In this document: piece by piece, positions 1 to 15,000 of the stretch
Numbering within the stretch: the first letter of the stretch is position 1
How the letters are laid out: each line of letters begins with the position of its first letter
Assembly: GCA_905178155.1 (NCBI GenBank)
Contig: CAJINV010000003.1
Span: forward strand, 6,939,612-7,003,611
Source: Amoebophrya sp. A120
Taxonomy: Eukaryota > Protista > Dinoflagellata
Length of the DNA stretch: 64,000 nt
Direction: 5' to 3'
Translations under genes and position numbers: made by a program
The notes under the pieces: model-generated
Seen by the model: only the letters and a program-made list of their open reading frames with translations
The model's database searches: none
What the model was told of the DNA's origin: nothing

Positions 1-3000
1 GCAGGTAGCGCTCAAGCCTTGGCCTTTGGGCGACCACGTTCCTGGAACGTCGTCCCCTCGTTCGGCAGCGTCTGAAGTGCGCTCGTACCTCGGATAGGGG
101 GGCGTCCATACAGCAAAAACGCCGCAGCCCTGCGTTGCTGCACAGCGAGCTGCGCAGCTTTCCTGCGATACCCGAAAGTTCGGGTCCCGCTGTGCGGGAG
201 AGCCCTCGAAAAAAAGCGTGGCCTCCGTTCCTCGATCGTGCACTGCATTTAGATGGTAGTGGTCCGCAGTCACGTCTGATGTATCCAGGATGTCCGCCTG
301 GCCGTCGCACGGACCTAGCAGTACGGATTCTGCGTTTTTTTTGCAACGAAATCCGCGCATGGACGGCACGTAATCGATCACCGGGTGTGCCTGAGTCGCA
401 AATCGTGGCGCCGCGTCCTTGCGACGTCGGCAGTGAATCTCCAAGGAGGGACCCGAGGGGCGCGAGGTCAGCGATCCGGGCGCGCAAGCGGAGTAGAGAG
501 CACAACCGTTTTGATTCTGCCACAGGAAGTAGTTGCAACTCCGAGAACGCGTACACGCAGCTGCGCACGCGCGTTTACTTTCGACGTGGGTCGCGTCTGC
601 AGTCGGCCAGTTCGCAGAACCCAATACGTCCAAGTGTAGCATCTGCGGGACGGGACACCTTTGCTCTGCAATGACCAATTCGTACTGCAGGTCGCTGCAG
701 ACGTCGGGCTCCACGGGCGGGGCGGAAGAGAGGAGAATGCGAGCACTCTTCGTGGTAGATGTTGTAGAAACCACGCCGGGGTTGGCGTCCTGCTCTGCCT
801 CAGTAGTTTCATCAGCGTCTTCGTCTTCACCAGTCGCAGTCGCGTCAGTGGCCACGTCCAGCACCTCCTGCGGTACGGCGGTCACACCAAATGCGCCGAT
901 GCGCGAAGTGCCGTCTTTCAGGAGGTCGCTGAAGAGCGTCGACCAGAGGCGGTTCGGGTGAAATGAGTTGTCTGGCTGGTAATCCTCCGCTCTATATGCA
1001 TTGCAAATATGTCTGGCTCTGGAGGGTTGCAACTTGAACTTGTGATGCTATCTCTGGATTCTATTCTATAAAAAAATCTGTATTGCATGACGAGCAACAA
1101 GAGCGGTCCAGTTTGTGCTACGCGTATCGTATCGCATCGCTTTGACATTTGACTCCTGTCAGGGTGGCGCTAGAACAGATTTAGCCTCTGCCAATGCCGT
1201 GGCGTTAGAACAGATTTAGCCTCTGCCAATGCCCCTAGGTGGGCACCCGTTCCACGTCCTACAGATACCACCCGACCGCATCCGCCGAACCGTTTCCGAT
1301 TTCTTACGCGTGCGTACGGCCAGTGGGCGCTAGATGTGGCTGACCTGCTTTACCATCCAAGCCCGCGAGCAAGGTGGAGCTCCAGCGTTGCCTTGTTGGG
1401 TTATTCTTACAAACTTGGAACGCTACTGCTTTTGTGGTCGGTTGCGCGCTAGATATAGGCATTTTTCATGCGGAGTAGGCATCACGGAGCCGTCTAAAAA
1501 TCTGTGACGCTACGTCATGCATTACAGGCGTTATGGGTCGTCATGGAAAATCTGCATGACAAGTCTTGCAACCACCTTCCAGACCCAGACATGTTTGCAT
1601 TTGATACTCTAGTGAAATGCCACACGTCTTCATCGTTGAACGAAATTCGCACCACCGATTCCCCGAGAACACCGTCAGACTGCACTGCGATCACCACTTC
1701 TTGTTGCGAAGGCAACCTGAACTTCTGGCCAGCGGACGTTGACGTCGGGTGGTCCCTGTAGTATGTGACTTCCTGTGCGGTTTCCGTATGTGTCGACCCC
1801 GCACGACTGCAGGTGAAGAATGCACGCCCACTGTGGCCGAAGTAGTACATGAAGTCTTCGAGGGCGTGCGGGTCGTACCCTGCTGTGTTCGCCAGGTCAA
1901 CACTGGCGTCTGCAAAGGCGCTCTGCTCATCACGGTATCTTTGCACATACACGGAAAACGGACCTGGATGGAGCCGGATACGAATCTCGCGCCAGGCGTA
2001 CCGCGCCAGGGGCGGGGAACCAGCGCTACCTTGTTGTTGGGGGAGCAGCGAACTGAACTGAAGACCGACTTGCGCTCCTGCCCGCGCTTGCTGCGATGAA
2101 GATTCGTCCTCGACGCAGTGGATGTACCCCGTGGCCGTCGCGGCAGACATCCTCTCCTTCCGCACAGCGGCGTCTTCCTCCGGCGTAGAAGCACTCGCTG
2201 CTCGCCGGTTATGAAAGTGCGCAAAAGTTGTTCCCTGCCCCTGCACCTGCTAATGCTCTCCTGATACGAACATAACTCGAGATGGAGAAATTATGCGACA
2301 CGCATTGTATATTGCACAACTTTGCCACCTCGTGCCTCATGTATGCAACGAGCAGCGGAGCATACGCCTTCGTGTCGAGGAGGGAAGACAACAGGCGAGC
2401 TGCACCGAAGCGCCAATGCCATCATCCACAGGACACAAGTCCCAGGAACTTTGCCGCTCAGTCAAAGTCATGTCTTATTCTTCATGCAAAATAAAAAAAA
2501 GATAAACAGCAAGAACGCAATTGCCGTGGCCATCTCTCGCACGACTTGCGCTGCTCAGGTAGCTGCACATGATACATGTCTTATCGCATACCAAGTTTCA
2601 ACCTCCAGCGAAGCCCAAGCACAACTATCAAAAAGGGCTCGAATCTGAAAACAAGCATGGAATTTTCACGCAAAAGGAGCAGGAGAAGCACAATACGATC
2701 GTCAGGCATGATGATTGCAGCTTCCGCTACGCCACCGGCTCATGGCCTTTAAAACGTGAGGACAGGAGCAGGGAATCGGAGTTGATGCGCACTCTCATAC
2801 AAGCAGTCACCATCGATTTGCTTCGTAAGGACGGACACACCATCAATAGTCCACTGCAGCGGCCGCTCGACGGGTGCATCCTCGTGGAACTCCACAAATT
2901 GGGTGCCTTCGAAGGATGGGCCGCGCATGACGGAGACGTCAGAGCTGGTGGGCCAAAGGGAGGAAGACTTTCGCTTCAGGGTCCACGAAACGGCCTCCGT

Positions 3001-6000
3001 GAAAAAGCGCTTCTTCCAAATCTTCAGGTCTGAAGTTGTCGTAACGGGCGCGGCGGATGCACCAGCGGGTTCTTGGTGCCGCAGCTGCCACTCGGTTCCT
3101 CCAGTCTCCTGCACCTCCTCGAACCCGTCAAAGCCGTAGTACTCCTCGGACGAATGCAAAAACGGGTCGCAGTAGTCCGCGTGCACGCATCTATGGAAGT
3201 GTCAGGATCGAAATCGAAAAGGTTGAGCTACTAACTTGCCATGCATAAAATGGATGCCAGTTGGAGCCCAGTTTCCAAGAGGCGCATGACAAATTTTTCG
3301 AGCGCCGGAATTCAATCTGTCATGCTGTTTGGGCGCAGAAGACTGCTTTTGTCATGCTACTTTAGCAAGTCTATTTCAAATCCTAAACAGGCTCACAATC
3401 GGCCTCACTTGCCATCCCCGCAAGACAGACACAGGCACCCCATGCCTTACATTTTATGCATATACAAGTTCTATTTCGATTTTGTCGATTTCGGTCCTGA
3501 CGCTTCCATAGCATCGCAAAACCACGTAAACGGTGCACTGCACACGGGTCAGAAACTCGACACGGGACGCATCCCGGACTAGGCCGGACACGAGCTGGAC
3601 CCGGCGGTGCCACGCTCCGAGGTTGGCCTCGGCGGGCGGCAGTACCTGGTAAAACGGTGCGTCGCTAGACGCGGAGAAGCTCTTCACTTCAGTCTCTTCC
3701 GGAAAGGCTTGCGTGAGGTTTCGCCAATGCCACCCCTCGGAGGTCAGCCTCGCCTGCCGCAGATTTATCTCGTCAAGATCCACATCCTCGAAGTCAAAGC
3801 TCGTTGCGGTGTACATGGCTTGTCGAAACTTGGAAATATGGACCACCGGCTGGAGAAAATTCTTTCGGCTGCCCTCCACGGCGCGAATGGGAAGGTCGGC
3901 CACAAGTCCAGCTGATGAAGCGTGCGACCCTCCGCCTAGTTGCGCGCCACCGACGAGAAAGCTACCTAGGCGCTCGCTCGAACCGCGCACCCAGCCTTCT
4001 AGAGGCTCCGCCTTGCAGCAAAATGCGCTGCTCATACCGATACCGACGTCCGCATACTGCGAGATACACCGCTGAAAAGCTGAAGTTTTTAGCTCAGAGG
4101 GAATGAGTGTCATCACGGTTTTGGGAAAGGGCGCCCAACCGTTAAAGTTGTTGTCGCACATTGCGTTCGGGGTGGTAGACGCGGCCATTGAGTGCACGAC
4201 AAACGAGTACAGGCTCGCTGATTCCCAGCTGGACGACAACGACGAGGAAGGCACGTTTATTCCATCTTCGCTGCTGGTGAAGTGGTCGAATCCCGCTGCA
4301 TCCAGGCGATGCACATCCGCGCGGAGGAAGGTTTCGTAGCTCGTCAAGGTTGACGCTGCGGCGCTGCCGAGATCTTGTTCCGGGTTTTGCTGATCAACAC
4401 CAAGAAGCGCCCCGCGACCTGAACCAGCAAGCTGTTGCACGGTGAAGGTGAAGCAATCCGAACTGAATCCCTGTACGCGCATCAAGAAGCCCGCGCAAGA
4501 ACCCGCCGCATCCTCTCGACACCTGATCGCGCACTCGGTGGCGGTTTCCACGGCGGAAATGCTGGAGGAAAACGAAGAGCCGAACACTGCGGCATCAGGG
4601 GTGTTTTGCTCGTGATCCCAAAACAGCTTGCGGCCCGTGTTATCCAGGGGCCACCCGCTCCCCACGCGATAGAATCCGAACACGGGAGCGGCGACAAGGG
4701 CCGACGAGACGTGATGCCCAACCACGCGATAGCAATGTCGCTCCTGATCCTGTCCGCTTCCACTGGCATCAGTCCACGAAAGCAACCCACGAAAGAACCG
4801 ACACGTGCCCCGCACCGGACCTTGACCCGTAAACCGGTCAGACGCAAAGTACGTGAATCCGGAGCATGCACCGGTCCCAAACGCAGTGACAAAATCAGCA
4901 CAGAGTTGCATGCACGTCGCTGGGTTGCCGGACGTGGAGTAGGGTCCCTGGAGGTCATCGTCCTCGACCAAGTCGTCCGGATAGTCAACCAGAGTTGTCG
5001 TGCGCCTGATGAGCGGTGGGATCGTTCGCCAATCATTGACTTCGCCGCCAGTGTCAGCAGGAACCAAGACTTCCAGGTCGACAAGCGCGCTCATGTTCAG
5101 GATTCGTGTTCCACTGCAAGCGGAGTTCGTTTCTACGTGCCAGTGCAGCGCAGTCCCGAGCCCCACGAAGGCGCCTGCGTTAGTATCTTCCACCGCGGTA
5201 GAGACCATCGTAGAGGAGGAAGACGAGGAGCCCCCCGCGCGTTGTTCTTGTTCCTCCGTCGTTCTGCCGAGTGCTGCAGTTGTGCCGGTTTTCACGTAAC
5301 AAGACTTCTTGCCGGAGGCGCTACTGGCGGTGTACTGCACGTCTTCACTTGTGGCCACCGACGTGGTGGTTGTTCTACTGATGTCGACTTGACGCATAAG
5401 CCTCACTTTTGTTCCACCACGGCAGGAGGCCGAGGACGGGGAGGACCCGCTACCCACGGTAGTGTCTTGGCTTTCGGTTTCGCCACCAGCTTGCTGTGCG
5501 TCGACGTCATCTTCTGTATACTCGGCTTCGTCGGACCAGCTCGTGAAACCGGCGCAGTCAGAGTAACGGTTGCACAGAAGCTGCCCCTCGAGTGCGGTCA
5601 TACGTTGCCGAGTTACTCCAGCGCAGGAATTTCCCTCGGCGTCGTCCACGTCTCCGTCGAGCACCACGTTGCGGCACGCAGGGTAGCGGGCATCGAATGG
5701 GGTCGCGCACAAATAGCCCAGCTTCGTCGCAGCTGAAGTTGTGCCACCCGGCATCGCATCAGGAGACGCCGAGCACTCCACGCCGAGGACGACCTCGTAG
5801 CGCGGACCGTCTGCTGTGGGGAATGTAGGAGGAGGGGACGAGCTCCCCATGGTGGAAGCTGAGAAACCCGGCCACCAGGGAGCGTCCGCCGCACCGCAAG
5901 AGCGGGAGCCTCCCACTTGGCCATGCCGGAGCAATTCGAGTGCCAAAGCGGACAGCTCTCGGTCTGGGGTGCAAAACTCGTCCGCAGCGTCACCGCGCGG

Positions 6001-9000
6001 ACACTGCGTCCATTCTCGCCCGCTACTTGTCACGCAGTGCCCCTTGCCTTGCGGTGGCAGTTGGTCGGTCATCGGATCAGACAGGTCTAGGCTGCGATAG
6101 CATCGCCACTCGTAGTGCTTGTGATTGCCGTCTGCGTCGGCAATAGCGACGTGGCGGGCGTACGAGAGCACGGAGAGCACTGTGGAGCACTCAGACTGCT
6201 CGAGGTACTCGTCATTCTCAAGACTTTGGCAGTATGCGTCAAGACTCTCCTGGAGATTGCAAGACTGCGACGCCAGATCGTTGAAAAATAATGAAACCTC
6301 GTCCTGTAGTTGCGGACTAAAAAAATCCTCGCGCCCGTCTTCAGTGTCCTGTTGAAACAAAGAGCGATGGCGCGAGGCCCCGGAGGACTCGTGGAGCTTC
6401 CTGTTGCCGGTGGTGTCCTCTTTGCGCATGCTCTTGAGCTTGTCCTTCTTGTGACTTTGCAGCATTCTTGGTTGCGCTTTCGTACTACCAGGAGACTTTT
6501 TTCTTCGTCCTGCTCGTAAATCTCGAAGAGAAAGAGATGATCTTCTTTGCTTTGCTTTTCTAGGCGGCCACGAAGTGGTAGAGGACTCCGCAACTGCGCG
6601 ACGTCGAAAGCCTTCATCCTGCGGTGCTTCCAGGAAAAATGTGCTATCGCCATTGAGCAAGCTTTCTGCAGAGCTGAGTGACGTAGACGAAACCAGAATA
6701 CCGGTGCGGTTATTCAGCGCGTCCGTGCCGGAGTCGACGCGATACAGGGCATCGATTGGTCCCATCCGGGATTGCGAGCCGCCCACAGGCCAGGCGAATA
6801 CGGCGTCAAACTCGTGGTCGAGCGGGTCGCGCCAGGTGGTGTCGTAGAGCGTTGCTTTTGGTTTTCCCGTGCTGTCTCCGACGACGAGGCTCAGGTAGGA
6901 CCCATACCGAAGGTCGTCCCACACCCCCGCGAGCTGCGCCGCACCCCAGTCGCTCTCCTGCGGGAGGCAATCTGCGCAACAGAACCCGTGTCTTTTCATG
7001 TACACGGACCCGTCGGCAAATCGCAGCTCGGGGTGGCCATACTCCGCCGCACACAGGAATGCGGCGTACGTGTTTCCTACAAAATTCTGGCCACTGCTGG
7101 GGTTGGCAGCGGCATAAGCCTCCAAAATGCTCTCGGCGGTACTGTGGTCAAACTCGAGCCGATCCTTCATAGCTCGCATTATCGGGAGTTCCACGGCTGC
7201 CTCGGTGTTCTGAGCGGTGCAAGAAAACTTTCCGATGGCCGCTATCGCCTGACTTTGTTCACTTTCAGTAGACCACTCGTCGAAGATAGTAATCGTGCAA
7301 TACCGATTGCGCAGGTTTCCGTGTCGCCCTTGATCTACGTCATTCGGCTTTTGGCGTCGACCACTTGGGTGGTCGAAATTAGTGTCTCCAGTGTGGTGTC
7401 CCTGGTCCTTCCGGTCATACACCCGTTCATACTCGCCAGCGTACCGGTCCGCGATTCCGGCAGCTTCAAACTGCATTTGGCATTCTCGGTACCTCGGGGC
7501 TTTGTTGGTCGACAAAGAGCAACTCGTATCCAAGGAAAAAAAAATGCTCCAGTGACACACTGGCTGCAATTTCAGCAAGAAGCCAAGATAAGAACACCAA
7601 CACAAAGTTGTCCTGCATATACAAAGAAGACTTGCAGCTGCAATGCGAAGATCATTATCATAGAAAAAACAAAGGAACACGCATGAAAAAACGAGGCTCG
7701 CACGCATTTTTTGCTTCGCAAACGTTAACTCTCTTGCTTGTCATACAACACATCAGGGTGTAACAACTGTAACATTTTTTTCGCGCGATAACTTTCCGGA
7801 TACTTCGGGCAAACTGCTAATTCCGTCGGGCAGCACGTCTCCACGCTGCACGAGGAGGGCTCGTCCGTTGCGCAGAAGTTATCCAAGAAAAAAGTGTGCA
7901 AGTGTATGTGTAAACTTGTGCTTTGGATGATGCAAGACTGTCGCACCTGTTATGCTGGATATGCATCCTAGGTCAGTTCAACTGACTCAGATGCATGCGT
8001 GCTGTTTCCACGTACTAGCTGCGCGTGAGACAGGTTTCCTCTGTAATGCAACACGAATTTCTTGTTCTTGTAGAAGTGATGCAGCTGCTTATGAACATGA
8101 TGATCCGATGGAACAACAGGTTACACTAACACAGTTTTTTTCTTGGATAGAAGTTATTCCAGTTGTAATAGCGCTTGAAGACGTTGCCCCCGTTTTCGTG
8201 CGGTTGGCACTGCGTTGGGTCGTCGCGCACGAATCGGAGCGTGTTCCTGTCATTGTACTTCACTCTGTCATTGCAAGAGAAGCGCGGCACGCAACAGTCT
8301 TCCTTCGTGCAGTTACGGGCGAACGGACCCCAGCACAGGTTTGTCGGCTTCAAGTACTCCGTCACAGGATCGCAGGTGACCAAATCGGCAGCTGCCGCCT
8401 CCGCGCAAGAAGCGAGTGGCATCGGGCAGCACTGTTCCTCGGTGCAGGAGGTCGTACTGTCGTTCGCACAGCGCTGCAGGTGGTCCGCATGCGTGTTGTT
8501 CTGAAAGTAGTCAAGGAAGGCTTTGCGAAAGTAGAACTTGTCCGAGTGCGTATACGGAAGATGGCTCACGTACCTGTTCCCGGGACCGTGTTTCTTCCAG
8601 TACCTCCGGTCGATATTTTTGATATAAACCGTCTGGTCATTCGTCAAAAAGAAGTGCGGGTTTGCGGCCATCTCGAGGTAGATTCTGGTCCAATTGTGCG
8701 CATTCAGTGGCAGCGTACTGGCGAAGTTTTTAAAGCGACGCCCCGCGTCGCAGGAGTGTTTTAGAAGAACCCTTTCAGTCCCGTTTAAGAAGAAGTCCGT
8801 CGATCTGTTCGCGGCGATTTGTTCCAGGCTCGGATTCCTCGTACTGTGGGCCGACCGTAGGTCGATCGTGCGGCTGATGTTCCGGTGCACTGCGGCCAGT
8901 GGCCGGATCACGTCGCCGGAACACACGCGCTGCGGCGTGCAGCACTCCTCCGGCGCACAGCTCTCGATGCTCCAGTGGCGGCAGAACTTGCGGGTATCTA

Positions 9001-12000
9001 GAAAGTGGTGCCGCGGGCAGATGACATTTGTTTCTGCAGTGCAGGGATGGAGGGGCATCGGACAGCAAGTATCGACTGTACAACTCTCCATCGTGCTCCC
9101 GAAGCAGAATCTGGTAGCATTGAAGTACTGGCGCAACTCAGTATTGCAGTGCTGCTTCAGTCGCACGACCGGTTGCAACACGTCCGACAAATCAGCTGCT
9201 CCCACCCACAACACCTCCGCCCGTTCCGCCACGGCAATATCCGGCTGGGTTGCCAGAAGGCTGGGCACTACGACGGCCGCCGTCGCCAGCTCGTTCTGCC
9301 CCGATGCGATTATGGGCCCCTTGTAGCGCGAGGGGGTGGTCGTGGTCGTTGTAGAGCTCGTAGTTGTGGTTGTCGTTGTGGCGGCTGCAGCTCCACCACC
9401 CATTCCCTCCATCCCACCACCCATTCCCTCCATCCCACCACCAGGTGGATCACCCATCTGCACACGTCGTCGCAGCAACGGGGGTGACAAGTCAACGTCC
9501 TCGGTGGATAGCAGCTCTGCGGGGTAATCGGCTGGCAGTGGAAATTTTTCCAGCACACTCGTTAGGGGGACCACCACGCGCGGCCCCTGGCCACAAGTTG
9601 CCGCCAAGGGGCAGCAAACGTCGACGGAGCAGGACTCCTCATTCCAGGAGGTGCAATTGGCCTCCCTCACGAAGGGACGCTGCTCCCAGGGGTGTGCCTG
9701 GTGACGCAGTTTGCAGTCTTCGATTACCCGTTGGGAGTCGGCGCAGGGAAAGCGAACAAACTGGCAGCAGGAGTTGAGATCCCTCTCAACGGTGCAGCGG
9801 TCCGTGGTGCAAACTTGATTGGAGCGGAACTCGGTAGCTGCATGTCTTGCTTTCGCGAGCGCTGTGCACTGCGCAAGCATCGCCGTCTTCACGTCCGCTT
9901 CCGCCTCCCCACAGCGCTGCCGCCGGGGGCAGCACTCGTCTGCCTGGCAAGTTTCTCCGCGGCAGGTGTGCGCGGCGCGGAAATATCGCTTGCTGTCGGC
10001 TTGCTGCCGGTCCGGGAACAACCGAGGGTCGTCCAGCGCCCACAAAACGCCGCGCGTTCCCGGTGCGGACTGTATAGAGGGGAAGTGAAATAAGTGAATG
10101 CCCTTCGTCGCCGCACGAAAAGTCCGTCCTTTATGCACATTTTCCTCGATCAAGCGGGAAATGCGCACAAAGGAGCACGGGGCGTTATTTTGCAACTTGT
10201 CATGCACAAAAAAGCTGTGCACACAGGATCAGGAAGGACGAATCTGTCACTGTCCCTGTCTGGAACTGGTGGATCCTTTCTGCATGACAAAATCAAAAAG
10301 CTAGTTTTTTGCAGAGATCAGTCAGCTCCAGTATGCGCTTTGGAGTAGCTACCAGTTTCGGCACACATTTCGCAGCATAAAAGTGACGCCCATACTTAGA
10401 CTTACACCTCGCCCTGGAAGTAAAAATATTCTTTTTGTTCCTCGCTTTGGGGGTACGGATTACCGAAACCAATACAATGTGAATATGATGATCATGATCA
10501 CGATCGCACTGAAAGACAAAGAGTAAGCGCAAGGACACTCACTTAATGCCCTCCTCCATAAACTGCCGCGTATCCGTGCAGTTCCACGCTTCCAGCTGAG
10601 GTGGAGGCACCTCGCGGCACTGCTGCCGCACCCGGCAGCACTCTTCTTCGAAGCAGCCCGCGCCGTGACACAGGTGATCCGACGCGAAGGTGTAGAGGGT
10701 CGGAAGGTGCAAATCCACCGCAGAATCCAGCGCGTCATCGAGGAACTCCAGGTCGTCGTCGTCCGCTTCATCGCTCGGCGTTGTCGTCGTCGTCGACGGA
10801 GGGGCGGGAATACCCGGCGCAGGCTGCAGAACCACTCCATCGGACATGGCAGCCCCACTTTCGTAGAGCGCGCCGATTTCCAACGGCGAGAGGCTGCGGG
10901 CAAAGACGGCCCAAGACGCAACTTCGCCGCGCAGGAACTTGCAAAAGGTGCACGTCCCGTCCGCAGTGACGGCCCGATACCCGCCCATCTGCAGGAACGC
11001 ATCGGCTCCCTCGACGTGTGTGGCGGGGACTGTCGCTGGCGTCTGGCTCGAGATCAGTTGCCCGTTGATGTACAGCGTGTTTGCGTTGGATGCGGGGTCG
11101 TACGTGGCAGCAAGAAAATACCAGTCGCTACCCTCTGACGAAACGGGGGATGTCAGGTCGGGGAGATTCTCCACGACCGCGGATACGCGCCACACGTCGA
11201 GGTGGAGTTCGACGCTTTGACCACTTGTGGCCACACTGAGATAGTACTGCGTGTTTCCAGTCGCTGGAGAACTCGGTCCATACCCGAAAACCTGTCCGTG
11301 CACGCTCTCCGCCGGAGCACCTGCGTATGCATTGCAAATATGTCTGGATCATCTGGACGAAATGGTGGAATCAATGCAGCAATAAAAAAAGGCAAAGAAT
11401 TGCGTGGTCGTGCCAATAAAAGCTGTCGCCCATAATTTCGGGGTCGTGCTACGGGAAAACGAGTAGCGAGCCAGCGAGCCTCTGGCACTGCTCATTTGGG
11501 TGGAGAGGCATCGAGAGCCTGGAAAAAAACTCGTATTGCCTTTGCGTCAAAGTAGATTCCAGACGATGATGAATCAGTGTGAACATAAAAATAGTGATCT
11601 TCGAACAAAGAAGGTGCATGACAACAAACACGCACGCCGCAATGAGGTTTCAGACTCTGACTCAGACATATTTGCGTTTGGTACGGCGGGGGCACCGTTA
11701 AGTTTGAACCAGCCCGCCAGGGTTCTCGCGGCAGCTCCCCCGGGTATCTGATAGGGATTCATGCCCTCAGCGTCCACAATCGGGGCGCGGCAAACCCCGT
11801 CTTTTTCAAAGCGCAACACCCCAAACTCCGTTCTTGTCCCAGAGTGGTCGACTCTTTCCGAGGTGCCCCAGCGTGACCCCAAGTGCTGCTCCATCCCGTC
11901 AACGCAACTCATGTCTGGGCCGATGCGTCCGCGAATGCGGTTCTCGCCGTCGTCACTCTGAACATACGCTGTCTCCTTGTCGAGCACGTAGAAGGCGACT

Positions 12001-15000
12001 GCTCCCGGGAGAATCTGGCGCTGCTTTCGGCAGAAGACGAAGTTGGTCGTGTAGGGCAGGGAGTACGTTTTGGTATTGTACAGGATGCACTTGCCTTGTG
12101 CGCCGACGCCGAAACCGAACTCGTATGCTTCACAGTCCGCCTTGTTGTTGCACCTTACTGCGCACGCGCGCGCGTCGTTCACATCGCGACCCTGCACATC
12201 GCCTCCGTCGATCACATCCGATCGCTGGGATAGGTCCGCATCGTAGTCTTGGTAGCTGTGTTATGCACTGCAAAAGTATCGTACTCGTGCTCGTCGTATC
12301 AACGCATATACAAATTTTCTCAGCATGAGAACTGGATTTTGTCATGCTGTTTTACTTTGAGGACAAGGTTTGTCATGCATAGTTGCAAGTACTACGAGTA
12401 CGATAGCGATACGTTTGCAATGCATATGTGTTCCCCCCCGCCAAACGGATCCGCGTCGCCGTTACCGAATCCTTGGTCCTCGCGCGGAACGAACGCATAC
12501 GCGAACAAGGCTTGATGTTGCTCGGCAGCATGAGATGCCAGTGCTCCCTGGTCGTCGCAGGTCTCGGGCCCGGGTCCTTTCCGGAGGTAGACAGAAATGG
12601 CCCATGCTCCGCCACACATGCCATCCTCGGCTGGATCGTCCCCACCAGCGCAGGGTCGGCAGGTATATTCCGGGCCGCCCCGCGGCAGTCCCGTGCCCGA
12701 GTCCGAACCAGCGCCGTAGTATCGCGTACCGTGCAACGGCTCTCGTGTAGTGGAATCTCCCGGGCTTCCCCAAAAGTAGGACCACGAAAGGCTGTTTCCA
12801 TTCTGGATGCCGAAGAAGGCAGGGCCGGCTGCCGGTTGATCTGCTCCTGCTGTGTTGATGGGCGTGGCCGCAGTCCGCGCCGCTGCCCGATTCACGGACA
12901 CGAGGTCACCCACCCCGTTATTCACCGCCGCTTGAGTGTACCCGTGTTCCTCCGCCGCGTGATAGTCGAACACCAGTGCGTTATCCAGCCAACCCATGGC
13001 CTGTTCCTGGCTACTTGCGTCTTTTGTTCTGTAGCACCCTACATAAGTGTACTCGCTTGATGACGTTTGGCTTGCGTCAGGCGTGGTCAAGGCTCGACCC
13101 GTCGTCCGCGCCGAGAAGGGTCTGACATACGCTGCCGCTGTCTGATGTTGAGTGCTGTATTTTTTCTCGGAGATCTGTTCTTGATCATGAGCACGTGTTT
13201 TTCGGTTGATGTCCACGACGTCGGGCCTTCGGCTTCTGGAGTACAAATTCCCGTTTACTACATAGTCACCATTTCTTCCATCAAGTACAACAAGTTTGGA
13301 CGGCGACGAGGCGGCATTTTTCATCTTCGAGAGCTTAAAACCCCGTTGCGGTAGTTCTTCCGTAAGTTCTTCCGACTCGGCCTCGGCACGGCTTTTTCTG
13401 TTGTTGTTTTGATGCAAAAGTCCTCCAGTTACAACCGTGCTCCGTCTACTTTCCTTATTTTCGTTGGTCCCGCTCTTTTCCTTTTCGTGAGATCGTTGAG
13501 CCAGCATAGGACGTTTGGTTTCTTCACGAGAGTCTCCTGTGCTTTCCTGCAAAAGAAGTCTCTGGCTTGGTTGTCCCAGATCAGACACTCCTGTTCCAAG
13601 ACGGATGGCGCAAATCAGCGAGAAAGCTGATTCTGCTACTGCTGATACATTGGCAGCTATCGCCAGTACGCCCCTGTCGGCGTCGATTGAATAATATCTT
13701 CTACATACTGTTTGCCCGTTAGCGCTTTCCTGCCACTCGTACATGGTGCATGCGGGGTGGTTGTTGCACTTCTGTGCGCAGACACCGTGCCGCAGGTTCA
13801 TGTACTGTCTGCGAGTTTTTCTACTGTTTGGATCGAAAGTGTCTTCGTCTACCCGGTTCTCATTTCCGGTTTTTAGCGCGCCGCCCTGATCCACGTGGCG
13901 GCACGCTGACGAGTAGTAGCGTCTGTAACCAGCGAAGGTAACGCTGATCATAGAAGGCCGCTCCCCGTCCGTCGCGGTATAGGTTTGGGAAGTCGGCTCC
14001 GCTACTGGCGCGTAAACGGGAGGAAGCGCCATGTAAAAGTCATGCGGTCCGCGAGGTTGGTGCTCGAGCGCTCGTTCGTCTTCTACAAAGAGCTGAAGGC
14101 CGCACCAGCATATATATCTCTCTTTTTCCGGATCGCCCACGAAACGCATTTTAGACCCTAAGGGTGGCAGGTTGATCCACGTTCCCGTGGTGCTCAGTGT
14201 CGGCACGGAAGCCACCGTCGTTACGTCATCCACACTAATCGAATGATTTGCCCCCAACTGATGGTTACCAGGCTCTCTGCGTGTCAGCGTCATCCCGAGA
14301 AAACGCCGCGTTGGTGGAAATTCGATCTGCCAGTACAGTTTGTTCTCGCTAGCGTCGTCGTCCCGCATTGCTACGGGGCAGTTCTGTTTTTCCCAGTCTA
14401 ATTCTGGACTAGGCGCAGTGGATACGTCAAGTGTCTTCTTGCTTTGTTCGACGGTCTGCAAGCTTGTCCGCCACGCTTTCGACCAAGACACGGTCACAGC
14501 GTCGATTTCTGTCCTCACCCGACGAAAGGGAGTTGGTCGGCGCCAGACTTCGACCTCGTAAAACGTGAGACTGCGATTGCTTCCTGGGGCTCCCACCGTG
14601 ATAATCTGTCCCACGGCCCCGCCGCAGTCCACGCGCAGCGTGGACTCCAGTGTGTCCTGCACGTCCTCGTAGGTGATCTTGCCGCAGCGCCAACCCGAGT
14701 ACAGCTGGGTTACTGGGCACCTACTCTTCTTGTCCCCTACCCAAACCTATCAAATGCAAATATGTCTGGGTCTGGAAGAGTGCAAACTTCTTTATGCATA
14801 TCTTCCATGCCCCATAAGGTTTGGAATGCAGGACCTAGCATGCCAGGTTCTCCTGCGACGTCTCTAGCTCTACCATGCCTATCCTGCATCACAAACTGCC
14901 TCTAAACTTGTTCAAAAGTGGACAGCTTTTGGTAGTCATGCAACACAAATTTTTGTACGATCCAGACTTAGCATAACAAGTTCGCGTCCCCCCAGACCCA

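Noticed and set aside
2247-2755. Possible canonical acceptor cag|gtg at 2247
   Set aside because: An inverted-repeat pair at 2210 and 2799 explains the interruption and restores the frame under the same rule as all other elements
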